DNA from: Auanema rhodensis
Taxonomy: Eukaryota > Animalia > Nematoda
Reading direction: 5' to 3'
Length of the DNA: 64,000 bases
Assembly (NCBI GenBank): GCA_964057225.1
Contig: OZ059895.1
Span: 5,766,001-5,830,000, forward strand
Below, piece after piece: positions 12,341 through 26,810 of this stretch (its first letter is position 1; every line of letters starts with the position of its first letter). The position numbers and the translations under genes are program-made. The notes under the pieces were generated by a model. It had not been told where the DNA came from and did no database searches. It saw nothing but the letters and a program-made list of their open reading frames with translations.

Positions 12341-15300
12341 CTCTCTATTCTCTCATCGTTTATGTTTTATGAAAAAAGAGAGAATGAGTGAGATATTCCT
12401 CACTAGTCTGATTTCCCTTATACGTTTATAGCTACAGTCAGTAACATTTATCTTTCCGTTTCCTTTCACCAGTCACCCTCCCCCCTCCCCCCCTCTTTTT
12501 TGGATCAGAAAGGAGCGTTGTCCTTCCAGTCATAAACCGCTTGGATTTTCTCTACCAACTACCAATCCTCTTTCTTCCTCTATACATGGAATAGTCATCC
12601 TCATGAATACTGAATGATTTTAAGCTTTTCAAATTTGCTTATTGTAAGGTTTCAGTTTTTTTTATAGTCTTGGCTACACTGGTATGAGCCAATGTCCAAC
12701 AATCATTTATGAACATTCAAGTTAAAGCTATTTATCAAAGAATTTGTCTTTATATATCCAATAGAAATGATTTACAATGACAGAAATACTAGTATTCCTA
12801 TTATTTATATACATTTATTATCATTCTTTTTTAATTCTTTAAAATATTTCTTTATTTTGTACTAAATTGTGATAAATTCTATATTGAAAGTTTAAATCAA
12901 TCTACGCTTTCTAGAAAAGAAAGCATAGTTCTATTTATTTTCTTCTGTTCTTGTTCCTGCTTATTCTTTTTCTCCTCCCCTTCTCTTTCCTTCATTCTGC
13001 TTGCTCTATTTTCAGCCTACAGTTTTACTAATCTAATACCTCTCAGCAACCTTATGTTCTTGTTCAAAAAAATGTTTAAGAAATATAAATATAAGAAATC
13101 CAATCAATAGATGACCGATGATATTCTTTTCTATTTCTTCATTGCGTTTTGTCCTCCTCTTTCGGAGGAGAGTTGCAGCAAGGAGGGTTGGTCTCTCTTA
13201 TTTTTTACGATCAGACCGTTGCCCTCATAGATGCAAACACACACGCACATGCAGACATACATTTTAAACTATTTAATCATATAGTTAATGACGTTAATGT
13301 ACATTTTATGAAATTACTTAAAGAACACTATCATTAGACAACAATAGTCGCGACATTCTCAACTATGATTCATCCTTCCAAACTATATGCTTTTTTAAAA
13401 TATTACGTCACCTTTCATCAAGTTCTTAACCTCATTCTTCTAATTTTTCCCTATCGCTGTTTGTAATCATTCCCGATTACAATACTATTCTTACTGATAA
13501 TAAACTTTTTTCTTTGAAAATATTCTTAATTTCCATTCATTAACATTGTTCATTGTTGAAGCCTTATCATCGTCGTAGAATTAATGTAAATGTTGATGAC
13601 ATCAAGATCATTTAAGAAGAAAGATTATTGAATATCCAGTCTCATATCTCGTCTCCATAGCATTCCTGATCCTGAGATGCTACTGATAATGATAATGGCG
13701 ATGTAGATAGTTGTGATGATTCGATAATGTCTCTTGCTTTGATTCATAGTTAAAATCTCACCAAGTCAAGTCATCCGTGTCGTTTATTCACAATCACCTA
13801 GTCATAGCTATGTGAGTTCACATCAGAATTATCCGCTTCGTAAGAGATATGCTGAGGATATTTCCGAGGTGACAAAACCGATTTCAGAATATTCATCAAT
13901 TGATTGGTATTGTATCATTTCATCTATTACTATATTCAAACCCGTATTCGATACCTTACATGTTGAACATGAATAAACGAAAGAAGAGAGAGACAACGGA
14001 GGAGGTAGAGAGAGAGCTCAAACTTCAGTTTTTGTAAAATTCGTTATTCAGTCTTAAAAAAATTTTGACGAACATTGATCAACTGCAGAAGTTCTTTTTC
14101 GTGAACAATCATTGTAGAAACTAAAGATAATCATCGAAATAATGCGTTGTCCTTCTTTATTGTGCAAAGTAGTCGTGAGTTTCGCAGAATCGATAGTAAA
14201 TGATAGGCAAATTCCAATAATTTTGACCTTTTTTTGCAAATCAATTACACATAATCCAAAGAGAAACTTATAAATACTATTAAAACTAAATGAATTAAAT
14301 CGATTCATTGTCTCAGTTCAGTCAGTAACTGCTAGAGTTTTTCATCAATATGGTGGTAGAATCTATACGTGAATGTTTTCTTTTTTTAAATGGGGGGGGG
14401 GGGGATTGTCCGGCTATCATTTGGCCTTATTCCCAGTTTCTCTTCTTCTCTCTATCAGCCGTCTTTTTCTCACTCTTCTTCTCCCCCGCCATACTCTCCC
14501 AACCATCATCAACATCATCATACTGTGATGTCGTCGTCGTGATGACACATTCACTGTCTAGTAGTATTGCACATCTGCCAACTTTATATTATTTTCCGAA
14601 TCCCTTTTGTCTACAATAATCATCTAAAATACATTCCGAAAGAAATAGTGTTAAGTGTTGAAGAAGAAGAAAGAAAGAAATACGAGTAGCAGATGGAGAG
14701 CTAAACATTTATTTAGAAGACCACAAGTTTATCAAAAATGGTCATTTTACTTTTTTACTTGTAATTTTATTCGTAAAAAAACCCAAATAAAAAGCTCAAT
14801 ACTTCTAGTAATACCAGTTTTAAATAAAATACAATTCTATTTTCTAAATATATTCATTACATCTGTAAGAAAAATGAACTTTCTGTCTTTGCATGTGTGA
14901 CCTATCCATCTAAAGTGTAGCGAGGAGTTGCCCCTTCAATACTATTCCTAGCTCATTGCAGTGTTCGTGCACTTCTTATCTATATCCCTGATTTTTCTCT
15001 GTTTTTTTAAGAAGCTAATAGCAAAAAAACAATAAATTCCTCTAATATCTATATTGCCAAGGACGGACATTCATTAAAATATCCTGCACGTTTTACTAAT
15101 CGTATTTATTTTTGTCATCGTAAGGTTAGGTTCAATCAATTTTCTTCCTTTTCATCAGGATTCGAAGGCTAAACGTTGAACCATTCATCAAGTTATTGTT
15201 TTTTTCTGTTCAGTACTGCAAATATCTTTGGCCTAGTCCTCTCTTCGTCCTGTTACTATTCAAATCCAAAATAAATTAGCGCTCGTTCAAATCATTAAAT

Positions 15301-15937
15301 ATCTAATTGACGTTAACCTTAAACATATTCCCTAATAATATATTCAAATTTTCTTATTTTTGAATAAAGCAACCTAAGAAAACTTTGGAATATATATTTT
15401 TTTTGAATTATAAAAACAACATAAAATATGTGACAAATTCACGTGACATTCATGACTCAAGTGAATGATACAGCGCATGGCGGTTCCTTATTCGTAGGAC
15501 GAGCAGATCGGTTGTGTGATTTTGCTTTAGTGAAAACAATTATGAAATCCGCGTTTCGGAAGTGAGTACAGTCGAATGATCTACAATACGTTGTTAAAAG
15601 AACGGCTTTAATTAAGATTAAACAAAAAAGCTGAAAAGAAACTATATGCTCAGCGAATAGCTTCCCGTTAGATTTAAAAAAATACATTAGAGGAAATAAG
15701 AGAGAGAGAGGGGGAGGGAGGTAGACAGAAAAGTGACTAGGAAGAAAAAGAGAAAATTACAGAAAAGAGATCTAAGACAGTTGAAGAAAAAGATAACAAG
15801 ATAATGAGACGAGAAAAGAAAGACAGATCGGAGGACCCGATTTTCAGCTGCTTCTTTTTCGTTAAGTCCTTCCTTCTCCGTTCGTCTTTGTTCGTCTCCA
15901 ACCAAACTGCTGCAACTGATGATGCTGCCAAGCAAGA

Positions 15938-16018
<81 letters not shown>

Positions 16019-19000
16019 ACGCACTTACTGTCTTTCTTATATCGTCTCTTGTTCCCACCTTTTTTCACTCTGCTCGTATTCATAGAGCATGATCTATTTC
16101 ACTTTTATTTCTTATTTGTTTGTCTTCAAAATAATCAGAATCACTGAAACCTCTTTCGCACCTTGTATTTTATGAAGAACTACAAGCCAATTATCATTCT
16201 TCACGAGCTGTAGTACTTGACCTTAACATCTCCTCTGCGACATGTCGGTACTTCCAACCACCTGTCGGATAGAAAGTTTGCGCGGCAACCTGCATACATC
16301 TGACCCATTGCGAAATTAGCTGACCCAATGGGATTTTTCAAAAATGTTTAATACAGTCCCAGATACGATGACAGCATCTAGCTCTATCAATATAATCTGT
16401 TGCAGAATTTGTCTTATAACGCTCTCAAACCGCCACCTATTATTTGAAATCTGTTCTGAACTAGCTTTTTCTATTTGGACTGTGAATGCGCGCAAGGGAA
16501 ATGCCAGTTGTTCTTAATTTTTGATTTCTATTCTATTGATATTCTCTATGATAATTGACATGTTTGCAATCTAGTTCAATTCATATGATTAATGAAATCT
16601 AGAGTATAATCGATACCAATATTTAAAATATTTTCCAAACCATTAGCATGAATGTTTCATTACTTTTATGTTACTGATGTATCAGCTATTTTCATCTCAT
16701 AATTGTTGAAAACTAAGTTTTTCGTTTTAAATTGGTGTATTTCGATTTTTTAGCTTTACTCACGTCGATAACGAGAAAAAACTTGACGTACTATCACCAT
16801 CTCGCTCGCTCGAAGTGCCAAATAGTGGATCCTCTACTTCTCTCTTAAGTCCGAGGTATTTTAACGCTCATTTAACTTTGCTATTGATGATTGTCCTTAG
16901 AAGTGTTTTTTCTTACGATTTTAATATACCTGATAACTCGAACGGCATTCGTTTAGTTGCTAGTGCTTCTGAGTTGGGTGGCAACAAAGAAATAAGAGGT
17001 TAACTTACTTTAATTTTTTTTAATTGGTGTCATATTAATAGAAGATTACTGGAATGCCACACAGACTAGTATGATTAGTTCAGAAGCTTTAATTCCTGTT
17101 CAACGGGAGAGCGAACGCTCCTTTTTCGTCGAGGGATCTCTAGAATCATTAGAAGAAAGTGAGATTTTAATATATTCTAGCATAAAACAAAGTTTTTTCT
17201 AAGGCGAACGGTCCAATTCATCTTTGATGCATCCACATTGTTCCGAAGTACCTAATGATCATGCATCGAATTCAGAAGGTTTTTTCTAAATATTACCATA
17301 TTTTCATCATTTACGTTCGTTTTAGGATCTTCATGTGAAATAAATTATGTTCATAAGAGATCTTTTTCTGCCGATGTATTATCAGCGGATAACGATGAGC
17401 AAAACGACCCTAAAGTGGAAACTATTTCTCATGACAGAGCACACTCTCAGGTTTTTACATTCACAAATTTTTCTGTTATTTCTGAATTGTTAGGACTCTC
17501 TGCCACAGACGGATCCTTCTCAGGCATCCTACACATCTCCGGATGTTCCTGAAATTCCTCGTTCTGTCGATGAAGTTCATATATCAGGTGGCTCTTCAAA
17601 TCTGGATATTCTGAACTCTTCGTTAGAACCTCTACCTGATTCACCTTGGGTTGATGATCAACTTTCACCTAGTAGAATATTTGATTTTACTGATAACAGA
17701 CCTCGTAATCATGTAGACTTGCCAGCAATAAGTGAGGAAACTGAACAGGTATACTTTATTTTTATTTTTATTATTTTTTTTTGTTTAAAGGATCCGTTAC
17801 CTCGTTCTCGTGAGCTCATAGAGCTAATGAAAAAATCGTATAATGCGGAACCTTTTGTTTGTTCCCCAACTACATTCTCGGATAAAGATGAATCTTATAA
17901 TAGCCCAATCAGCAGTCCCCCTGTTCCTATACATAGGTACGGCTTTTTTTAATGCTGATGGTATTATACTAATTTCCAGGCGCGTTGTTAGTGATAATCA
18001 TATTTTATATGGTAATTCGAATGAATCAGTAAATAGGGCAGAGGTAAGTACTTGTTTTTGTTAAGGTGTTTTTGAGATTAGTAATATGTTAGATTCGTCC
18101 TCGTGAACATTTAACTCGTTCGGGTCCAGTATCTAGTCGATGTAAAAGCCAAGTTATGTTACATAAGGCCGAAGAGCATGATGAATCTGCCAAGGTTGAT
18201 CGTAACCTGAGTAATTCAGACCCAGCTCTCAATGTAGAGAAGGATGAAAACGGTAATCAATAAGCTGAAGTTGAATTATCCGTGTTTTCTGTTTAGAAGC
18301 TCCTGAAGTTCCATCCGTGCCGCCACCAGTTGTTATTACTCGTAAAAACTCTTCTGCTCAGGCTAGCTCCTGGCAAAGGTTTCTACCCTCTGGTGGCGCT
18401 AATCCTCATAATGTAGTATATTTTTGAGTTATAGAGGTAAAACGTTTATATTTAGGTTATCATCCCAACAACTGCAAATCTGCCTACAAGAACCATAAAG
18501 AGGACCGAATCTTCTGTTGATAATCTCAAGTTAGTTTTCTTATATTTACTACTAAGTTTTTGCTTACTTTTGTTCTGGTGTTATGGGAATAGTGTGGTGC
18601 TAATGTATCTGTTTAGAAATCCTTTGTTATGTTTTGTTTCTTCTTCTCTTATACATTGTACCGAGTGTGCTTTCGTCGTGAACGAATTTTCTTTCAAATA
18701 TTTTCTTTTTTTTCTTTATTTGAATGATGCCTTGTATGAATGATTGAACGAAATAGAAATATACCTGCTTGTGATGCTTGTAAGGGTTGTGTAGTTTTCG
18801 GAAGTTTTAGTTCTGCATTAAACCGCCATGTCGTTTCCTCGAATAGCAGTGGGCCTGCTGCTAATTTTATGCGACGAAGTCTCCGGTTTTTTTCCAATGT
18901 TGGAGCACGAGCCAGTGGATCACCTAGAAGCCTTGATTATGATCTAATTTCACCTGTTTCTTCACTTTCCACTCCAAGCAGAGATGAATACCCCACACTG

Positions 19001-22000
19001 CGGCGAAGAGCAACTGCACCTCATAGGAAATCAAGTCGAATGAAAGCTAGGTGGGATATTGACTGTAGCCATGCCTCAATTTCCTTTTATGCTGAAAACA
19101 GCACATGCTAAATGGCAGAATCAAAAAATCCTGGGATTTTTCTTTCTGTTATGGTTCGAAGACGTCCGGTGTCTGTTTTGAGTTATAACAAAATTTATTT
19201 CTTTGTAATTCAAATATTTCCCCTTTTGATTTAATTTTTGTGACATGATCCCGTTTCATATCCTCGAACCAAACGTTTGTGAGAATATCATGATTTCTGC
19301 CAGTCAGCACGTGTTCTTTCGCTCTCAATTTGCACTTTATTTGTGTTTATTAATTTGCATGGTTTTAGGAGTGATTCATCTTCTCCTTCTAGGTTTGTCT
19401 TATTCATTGAGCATGTATGCATATGCTTGAAAGCTTTGTGATGTAATACCCAACTATGTCCTCACTGTACTTGTCTTTTTGAAGATGGATTTATAACAAG
19501 TCTACACCAATCACTAATTTCCATCTAACACCAAAAACTTCTAAATGTATATTTTCTGTGACATGTATCAAAGTGGCTAACATCTGTCACGCCATTACCT
19601 AATGGACATCATCTAACTTTCTAATCGTTAATAGTTATTTGTGTTTATGACAGTTATTCAAGGTCGGATCGGTCGCGGGTTGAAAAGAAAAAGGAGAAAG
19701 GCTCTTCCGACACCTTTTTTGGAAATTGGTTAGGTAGTAGAGGGCGAGGAAAGAAGGTAACGAACAACATACAGCATACTTTGATGTGATTTTATAATTT
19801 TAATGATTTCAGAGTAAAGAAAGGCCGAGTGTTGATCATGTATTCTGCAATTATGCCGGGCGGAATATTCAGCAGTCTGCCTCCTTCCCAGTGGTATGTT
19901 ACTTGCTTAAATGATCCTTCACCGAAGTTTTTCGTTCTTACAGAGACGTCCTGGAGATTCTCACCGTCCTGCTATTCCCGCTTTTGCTGAAGGTTGGTTC
20001 TTTTGTTTTTTTTAAGTTAAAAAGGGAGGAAGTTTGGAAATGTAAATGGATTGTCATCTGGTTGTTTAATATGGCTGACACATGGGCTTGATGGTTAAGA
20101 TGCAAGGGTGTTTGTTTCATTTTTTAACGCAAAATTAAAAGCATGAACGACGGTACTACCGTCAACGGCCACAAAACAGGAATACTGATATATGATCTAA
20201 GAATGAAGACGCAATGACTCAAGACATGTTTTCTCATGTTATGTTCTTTATGTTATTTTGGCGCACTCATTACTTCTTAAATGGATAGTGTGTGCCTGTA
20301 TGTCTAAGTCTGTATATTGAAGGCAACAAGCGCATAAAATCTTGCTCCAAATGTAGGACTGTCCAATCCTCTCGTATTCCTCATCTTGTATCTCACTTTG
20401 GACTTGGCCTTCTTCATATATTTTGTTGCTATTTCATTCCTTTCTAACTGTTGTCAATTTTTGGAATCAGCAGTAAATGTCGTTAAATATAAAAATTTGC
20501 TATCGGATGAGGGTAGAACACAACATACTTTAGAATTGACGCACAGTTTTGAAGTCACTGACGAAGAAGAACGAACTTTAATCAGCCGCATTTTCTTTGT
20601 TTTCTCTTTGTCCATGAGTTGTTGTCTTCATCACCAAATATCGTCATTCATGTCGTTTTTGTTACTGCATTGTTGCAGCACGGAGAGATTTAATTTGCCT
20701 TTCCTTTTTGCTCACCTCTTTCCTATTTAACAGCAGATGGTTTTTTTGCGAGTTGAACCCTTTTTTCATTCTTTTCCCATATCTTTCATATGGATCTTGC
20801 CATTCCCGTCTTTTTCGTTTTCATTTTCACCTCCCATGAAAATTCCGTGAGCAACATTTCATTAATTCGTTTGTTTTCCTCCGATTTCTGTAGTAATTGA
20901 CTATGTTCTTCTATAGAATTCCGTCTATTGGTTTTTCGGACACCTTCAGTAGTCTGTCGCCCTTCGGCTGCTTCTATTACTGATGCCAATCACGATGACG
21001 GCTCCACCCCCATCTCATGAACGTCGTCGCTGCTCAATGCCTAATGCGAGTTGCGCTTTGCCTGACGGAAAGATGGATATAGCGTCTCCATTTTCATCGA
21101 AATCTTTCCTTAACCGACTTTCTAAATTTATCCGTGGTCCTTCATGTCGAGTTCATAAATGCAGCTATCGAAGATCTAGCAATCTCTCTGATGAAGCTGG
21201 TCAAGCTGCCGTTGCTAGACGTCGCGGAATTCGTACCTTAGCTTCTTCGCCTACTAAGGAAGGAGATTATGATGTATGCAAAGTTGATCCACAGCGTGTG
21301 TATCGGGATCAGCTGCGTCTTCTTCTTCGCGACGATTCTACTCAGGATGATTCAGTTGTCTGTAGCATGACTCGGTCATTCTCAGAAGGAGATGTTCGAA
21401 ATAATGATGAAAACGGTAGTGATTTCTATGACGATGTTGTTGAACGGTACGGTCTCTTTTCAAGTGAATACAACGGTGGGTTATTCGATTCATCTATATA
21501 ACTAGTCAGGCCTGTTCAGAAACTGTTTGTGTCCCCGAAGGTGTTGTATTTGGTAATGATAAATGCTATATTACGGAAGCATTTCTATGTAGTTTGGGCT
21601 CTTCGAACTCTTTAACAACCCCTCCTACAAGTATTCGTGGGCAAACTGTAACTGATGACGAAGATGACGATGATATTTCGGACGATAATGCATTCATCAG
21701 CCGTCGAGTTCCGGATGATGATGACGTTGACTTGTTTCCACCGCTAAGAGCTTCAAGTTATCCTCGTAGTCGTAGAGTTTCTGCCTTGATTTTCCACTCA
21801 TTGGCCAGAACGTTGTCAGGAAGAAAATTGACACTTCCCGATGTCATGCCAAGCAGTTTTTTTAAATGGCGAAACAGAGATTCAGACGATGAAGATGGTG
21901 CAAAAACTTTTGAAAAAAGTGTGATTGATTTAAATGACAATGCATATTTTTAGGTTTGCCTGATAATATCTCGAGAGTGTTTTCTCCTACCGAACTGGAT

Positions 22001-25000
22001 GATGTTGAGCCTGAAAGAACTGACTTGCATAGTTTACTACTGTAAGTTAATGATACCATCTCTGATTTTTTAATTTCGCTATTCCACGTTTCAGTGAAAA
22101 TCCGAAATGGAGTCGTTTGGCCCTGTTTTCTGATACTGAATATCAAACCTGGCACGAGAAATATCGCCATGACAAGTTAAGCGACAAAGCAATCAAGAAG
22201 CAAGATGCCATTTATGGTACGTTTTCTTATTGTATCACATTGAGAATATTATATATTTTTCAGAACTAATTATGATTGAGCGGCAACATTGTGCTAATCT
22301 CGTATTTTTACAACAGGTACTTAAAAACTTTTAATCTATCAAGATTTAAATAAAATGTATTTCATTAAAGGGATATCGTATGAGACTTCTGGAAGAGAAT
22401 ATATTGTCTCAAGCAGAAGTTAATGCTCTTATACCTGATGTCATCGATGCTTTATTATTATTTCACTGCAACTTATTGGAGCAGCTTCTCGAACGACAAC
22501 GAAGTGTTGATGAGATTGAGACTATTTCTGATATTCTCGCTAAAGAGGTTTTCTTTTCAATCTATTTTTAAACAAAAATAACTTTTACAGTTATCTGATG
22601 AAGGGACTCATACAGCTGTATGTATCAATGCTTATACAACATTCGGAACTTCCAAGCAGAAGGCAGAACAAGCTTATAGTATTTTGAAAGTTAAGAATTC
22701 TAAATTTAATGAAATTCTTAAGGTTTTCTTATATTAGCAATATTATTTTCATTGTTTTTAATTTCTAGCTTTGGGAAACTGATAAACTGTACCGTCGATA
22801 CGAATATAAGTCCATTATGGCTAAGATTATTGGTCGTCCTACGAAATATCGCCTCTTGTTGGAAACAATTGCTCGAAATGAAAGCAATAAGTTCAGCAAG
22901 ACAGCTGAGTGTACTGAAAAAGCTTTTCAAGTATTTTGCAATTTTTTAAATTTTTTTTTCAAAAAATTTGCTTTCAAGGCTGCAAAAAGGTTTGCTCTTC
23001 GAATCGATCAAAATTTGATGGTCGCTCAGTTAGCACGTCACTGGGAGAAAGTTCGAACTCATTTTGATATAAGTAGTTACACATATCTATACATTCCTGA
23101 CAAGGCTTCCGGATTTGTTCGCTTGAAGTGGACGGTTCGTATTTCATTAACTGCTTATAATCGAATTTTCTTGTTATTTCGTACTTAATGCGAATTTTCT
23201 TGTTTAGCTGGACGACATTTGTTCTGAAATTAATGAAAACGGGAGAAGATTGATGTGTTTGGGGGATGTTTGGTGGAAAGTCCAATCTGGGGGCTCTTGT
23301 AAACTCAATCCAGGTATGCTTTAATCTATTAATTATCTGATGTTTCATCTACTTCAGTAACAATGGCTTTATTCGATGACATTCTAGTTTTGCTTGTAAA
23401 AAAAAACACAAAAATGGTCTTTGCTTCAACGGTATGCTATAAAATAATAAACTCCTTTATTATTCATTTCTTTTGTTAATCAAATGGGATTTTAAAAATG
23501 AGTTTTTCAGGAGCAAGCTGTATTACCAGTCTCAAACTTGATTCTTCGTATCTCCGGAAAAGGACAATCTATTATGCTAGCATCTGCTGTTAAGCCAACA
23601 TTATTGGAGTTTGAATTCCATTCTAAGTCAGATATGGCAAAGTGGTCTAGCACATTAGATACGTGCATTAACGTCGTACCTACTTCGGGTTCGTTTCACT
23701 TTCTTTTCACTTACTTATATTAAAAGAAATAGAATAAAGAGGAAAATCAAATGAATTTCACAAAATGAAACGAGAAGGGCTATTTCATTTCCTATTTGAA
23801 AGTCAGACTATCTCAGTGAACTTTCACCTTTTCAGTAAGATTGTCTTCACGAAATGAAGACATAATATCTGTGCAGGAAGAGAAAAAGGTCAAAGAAGAG
23901 GAAGAAATGTGGTTCAGGAAACTTAACAAACTCTTTGGTATTGCACTTTAAATTAATTTCCTGTTTAATTAAATATTTTGCAGCTGACCGTCTCGATCAA
24001 GAGAGGATGTTGGCGGATTATTTGGTTTCTCGCAGAAAGTTCTTAGATGAAATTCGAGCTCATGTATTCACTTTAAATTGCTCTGGAAGATCAGATCTCC
24101 AAGAAAGGGTTCGAGAAGCTATTAAAGTGAAATTCCGCGATCTCAAAAATTACCGAACAGTTCCTCTTAATAAAAGTACCACTTTTAACGAATATATTTT
24201 TTAATTTAAGTGTTTACTAATTTTAGTGATTGATGATATAACAAAGGCTAGGGAATCTGAACTAATGAATTACTTCAATAATGATTTTGTTGATGATGCT
24301 GATTCTGACAGTTCTAATTCTGATAGCTCATCAGGAAAGTGTGTTCGTCCCAGAAGAATTAAGACCTTTAATGGAGCTAGCGGTTCAGTAAACAACAAAG
24401 AAAGTACGTTTCAAGTTCCAATTTTTGAAATTTTGTCTTTATTTCTCATTAATTTATAGAATTACAACTGAGACGACACACTACTGTGCCTAGAATGAGT
24501 GAAAGCAGCGAAGCAGGTATTCCTGGTTTCAATAAAAACGCCGAAGATGAAAAGAGGGAAAAGGAAGTAGTGGATGAACAGATTCATCTGATTCCGGTTA
24601 GTTTGAGCGGGATTTGTTTTTGCGTGATACCCAAATTGCAGCTTTCTGAGCCTATTTCCTCTCGACGAGGTTGTACAAGATTAATAAAAGATTGTGAAAG
24701 ATTAAAAACCGAAAATATACTTCTGAAGAATGAGCTTGCTTTGTAAGTGGCACTGTTCACTTTTTATTACGTTTTACTTTTAAGGGAAAAAATTCGGGTT
24801 ACCACTCTCGAAAGGGGTCGTCCCAATTTCAGTCCAACGGTCACTGCTCCTGGAGAAACAATGGAGGCTTTGAGAAAGAAGGAGAAGGAGGCAAGACATT
24901 TTCTTTTTCCAAACCCTTGAGCTGTTTACTCTAGGTCCGAGAGGAGGATGCACGTAGGAGAAGCGAAATTGAGGAAAAACGGCAAGAAATGGCTGAAGCT

Positions 25001-25524
25001 CAAGCAGCTTTTGAGCAGAGCAAACGAGAATGGCAAGAACAGATGGATAGAGATAAGGTATTATTCGAAATATATATATTTTGGCATTTTATTTAATTCA
25101 ACTGATTAATTGATTATATAGGCTGATCTTCTTCGAAGAGAACAGGACATAGCTGAAAAATGGTCGAAGTTGAAAGAAGCTGAATCACGAGCTGGCAGGT
25201 TACCAGTAAGCACGCCAACAAGAATACCTTTTGATAAAGAACCCAAAACACCGTAAGTTTTAGATTTTAATTTTTTCGGCATAAATATGAAGAATACTCT
25301 TTAATTGTGAGTTTCGTAACGTTAAATTTCTTCAGAACATCCTTTGACTCTGTTTAGGGTTTGTTTTTGATATCGTGTAATAGCCCTAATCAATGCTTTT
25401 TTTCTAATGTAGTCGTAGTTGTTGTTTCTTCCCTATAACATTTCACATTTGCAGACCAATCCAAGAACTATCGCCTCTGTTGAAAAGCTTGACTGTCAAA
25501 AGTGAACCCAAGCGCAAGAAATAA
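10669..25524 (+). CDS. Dbl-family Rho guanine nucleotide exchange factor (DH-PH plus C-terminal coiled coil; ARHGEF2/18/28-like), longest isoform
   Basis: DH start KKQDAIYELIMIERQHCANLVFLQQ, DH end KIIGRPTKYRLLLETIAR. PH region: RRLMCLG...ALFDDILVLL...LEFEFHSKSDMAKW. A coiled coil follows. About 30 exons splice in consistent phase from exon 10669-10967 to exon 16754 onward. Confidence 0.82.
11526..11562. repeat. (GA)n microsatellite
   Basis: Direct inspection. Confidence 0.95.
12296..12334. repeat. (CT)n microsatellite
   Basis: Direct inspection. Confidence 0.95.
15941..16018. repeat. (CT)n microsatellite, slightly interrupted
   Basis: Direct inspection. It generates the spurious ERERER and LSLSLS ORFs in the track. 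Confidence 0.95.
18740..19050 (+). CDS. Alternative first coding exon (isoform B) of the RhoGEF
   Basis: ATG-initiated ORF ends ...RMKA-AG|gtggga (phase 2), matching the phase-2 acceptor at 19662 also used by the long isoform. Confidence 0.6.
20983..21898 (+). CDS. Alternative first two coding exons (isoform C) of the RhoGEF
   Basis: Exon 20983 to about 21447 (CG|gtacgg, phase 2) joins exon 21593-21898 (G|gtgcaa, phase 1). This matches the phase-1 acceptor at 21953 that the long isoform reaches from exon about 19944-19992. Confidence 0.7.
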
Positions 25525-26810
25525 TCGTTTTCAATGAAATAGCTCTAATTTTGGACTCTATTCCGGTGTTCTTCTTTTTTTTTTGCATTTATGCTTTACA
25601 AGTGCCTTAATTTCATGCCATTATTCTTACCAACTACTTGCTCAGAATTGACGTCACTTATATCTCGGTTGTTTATTCAGATAGAGCTTATTTATGTTCC
25701 ATATCCGATTATTTTAGTTGATGGAATATTCTGGTTTAATAATATATAATAATAATTACCAAATTTAGGTATCTTTACGATAACTAGACTATTCCCTGCT
25801 TTTTCTTTCTTATAAATTCCACTATAACGTTTACCGTTTTGTACAGTTTGGTGTTTGCCCTAACTCACTTGCTCTCGAAAATGTGTTTTATAGTCGTATT
25901 TAGTGGAATTCTTAAAAATTCTACTAATTCATTTAACAGGTCCCATTTAAATCTTTTATCTTTATATTTCGTTTCTCCGTAATCTATTTAATGTGTTAAT
26001 CGAAGAAATTTTAGATTATCATTACATATATATATATATCTATATATATCTACGACATGTATAAACCATCAACTCTATTAAAAATTACGAAAGCAAAACT
26101 CTTTGTTTATGAACATTAGTATTCGATATTTTTCACTTTATAAATTTAGATTGTGCCTAAATGAAATTGGAAAATTTTATTAGATAAGATGCTTTTAGAG
26201 ATCAGATTGTTTCCTAATCTCTTAATGTTGTCTATAATATGAAGAATCATGCTCAATATTACAAACCATAAAATACTTATTGAAATAGCGTTTTCATTAG
26301 AATTGAATTGTTTTATTCAATAAAGAGGTATTTTTAAAAAGTAGAGAATGTGATGGAGCATTTTGTTGTCTCACTTTAAGAGATTATTTTCAATAATTAA
26401 TAAATGAATAAAGAAAATATATTGTCTTGTGTAATCTAGTTCAAACTTCAATTGTTCATACATAAGTTTGTATTGAACAATGGATATTTTAATAAATATA
26501 TTAATTAAAAAAACAATTTAACTCAAATTTGTATGTGATTGATAATAAACTCTGAAAATAAGCAATACACTTGCAAAAGTTATTTTCAGTTTATTCATTA
26601 TTTCTCGATAGCTTTAGAACTTAAAATAGTTAAAGCGAAAGAAAATAATGTTACAGCTACGAATTTTTAAGAAAAAGAGTTGGAAAAGTGACACAAGAGA
26701 GGGAAACAATTCAAAGATGCTAGAGGTGATAAGTATTCATTATTCATTATTCATATTATATTAATATAAATCTGTATATATGCATTCAACATTTGTTAAT
26801 ATTATGAACG

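Noticed and set aside
15687-16085. ORFs with ERERER or LSLSLS runs
   Set aside because: Translation of the (CT)n microsatellite.
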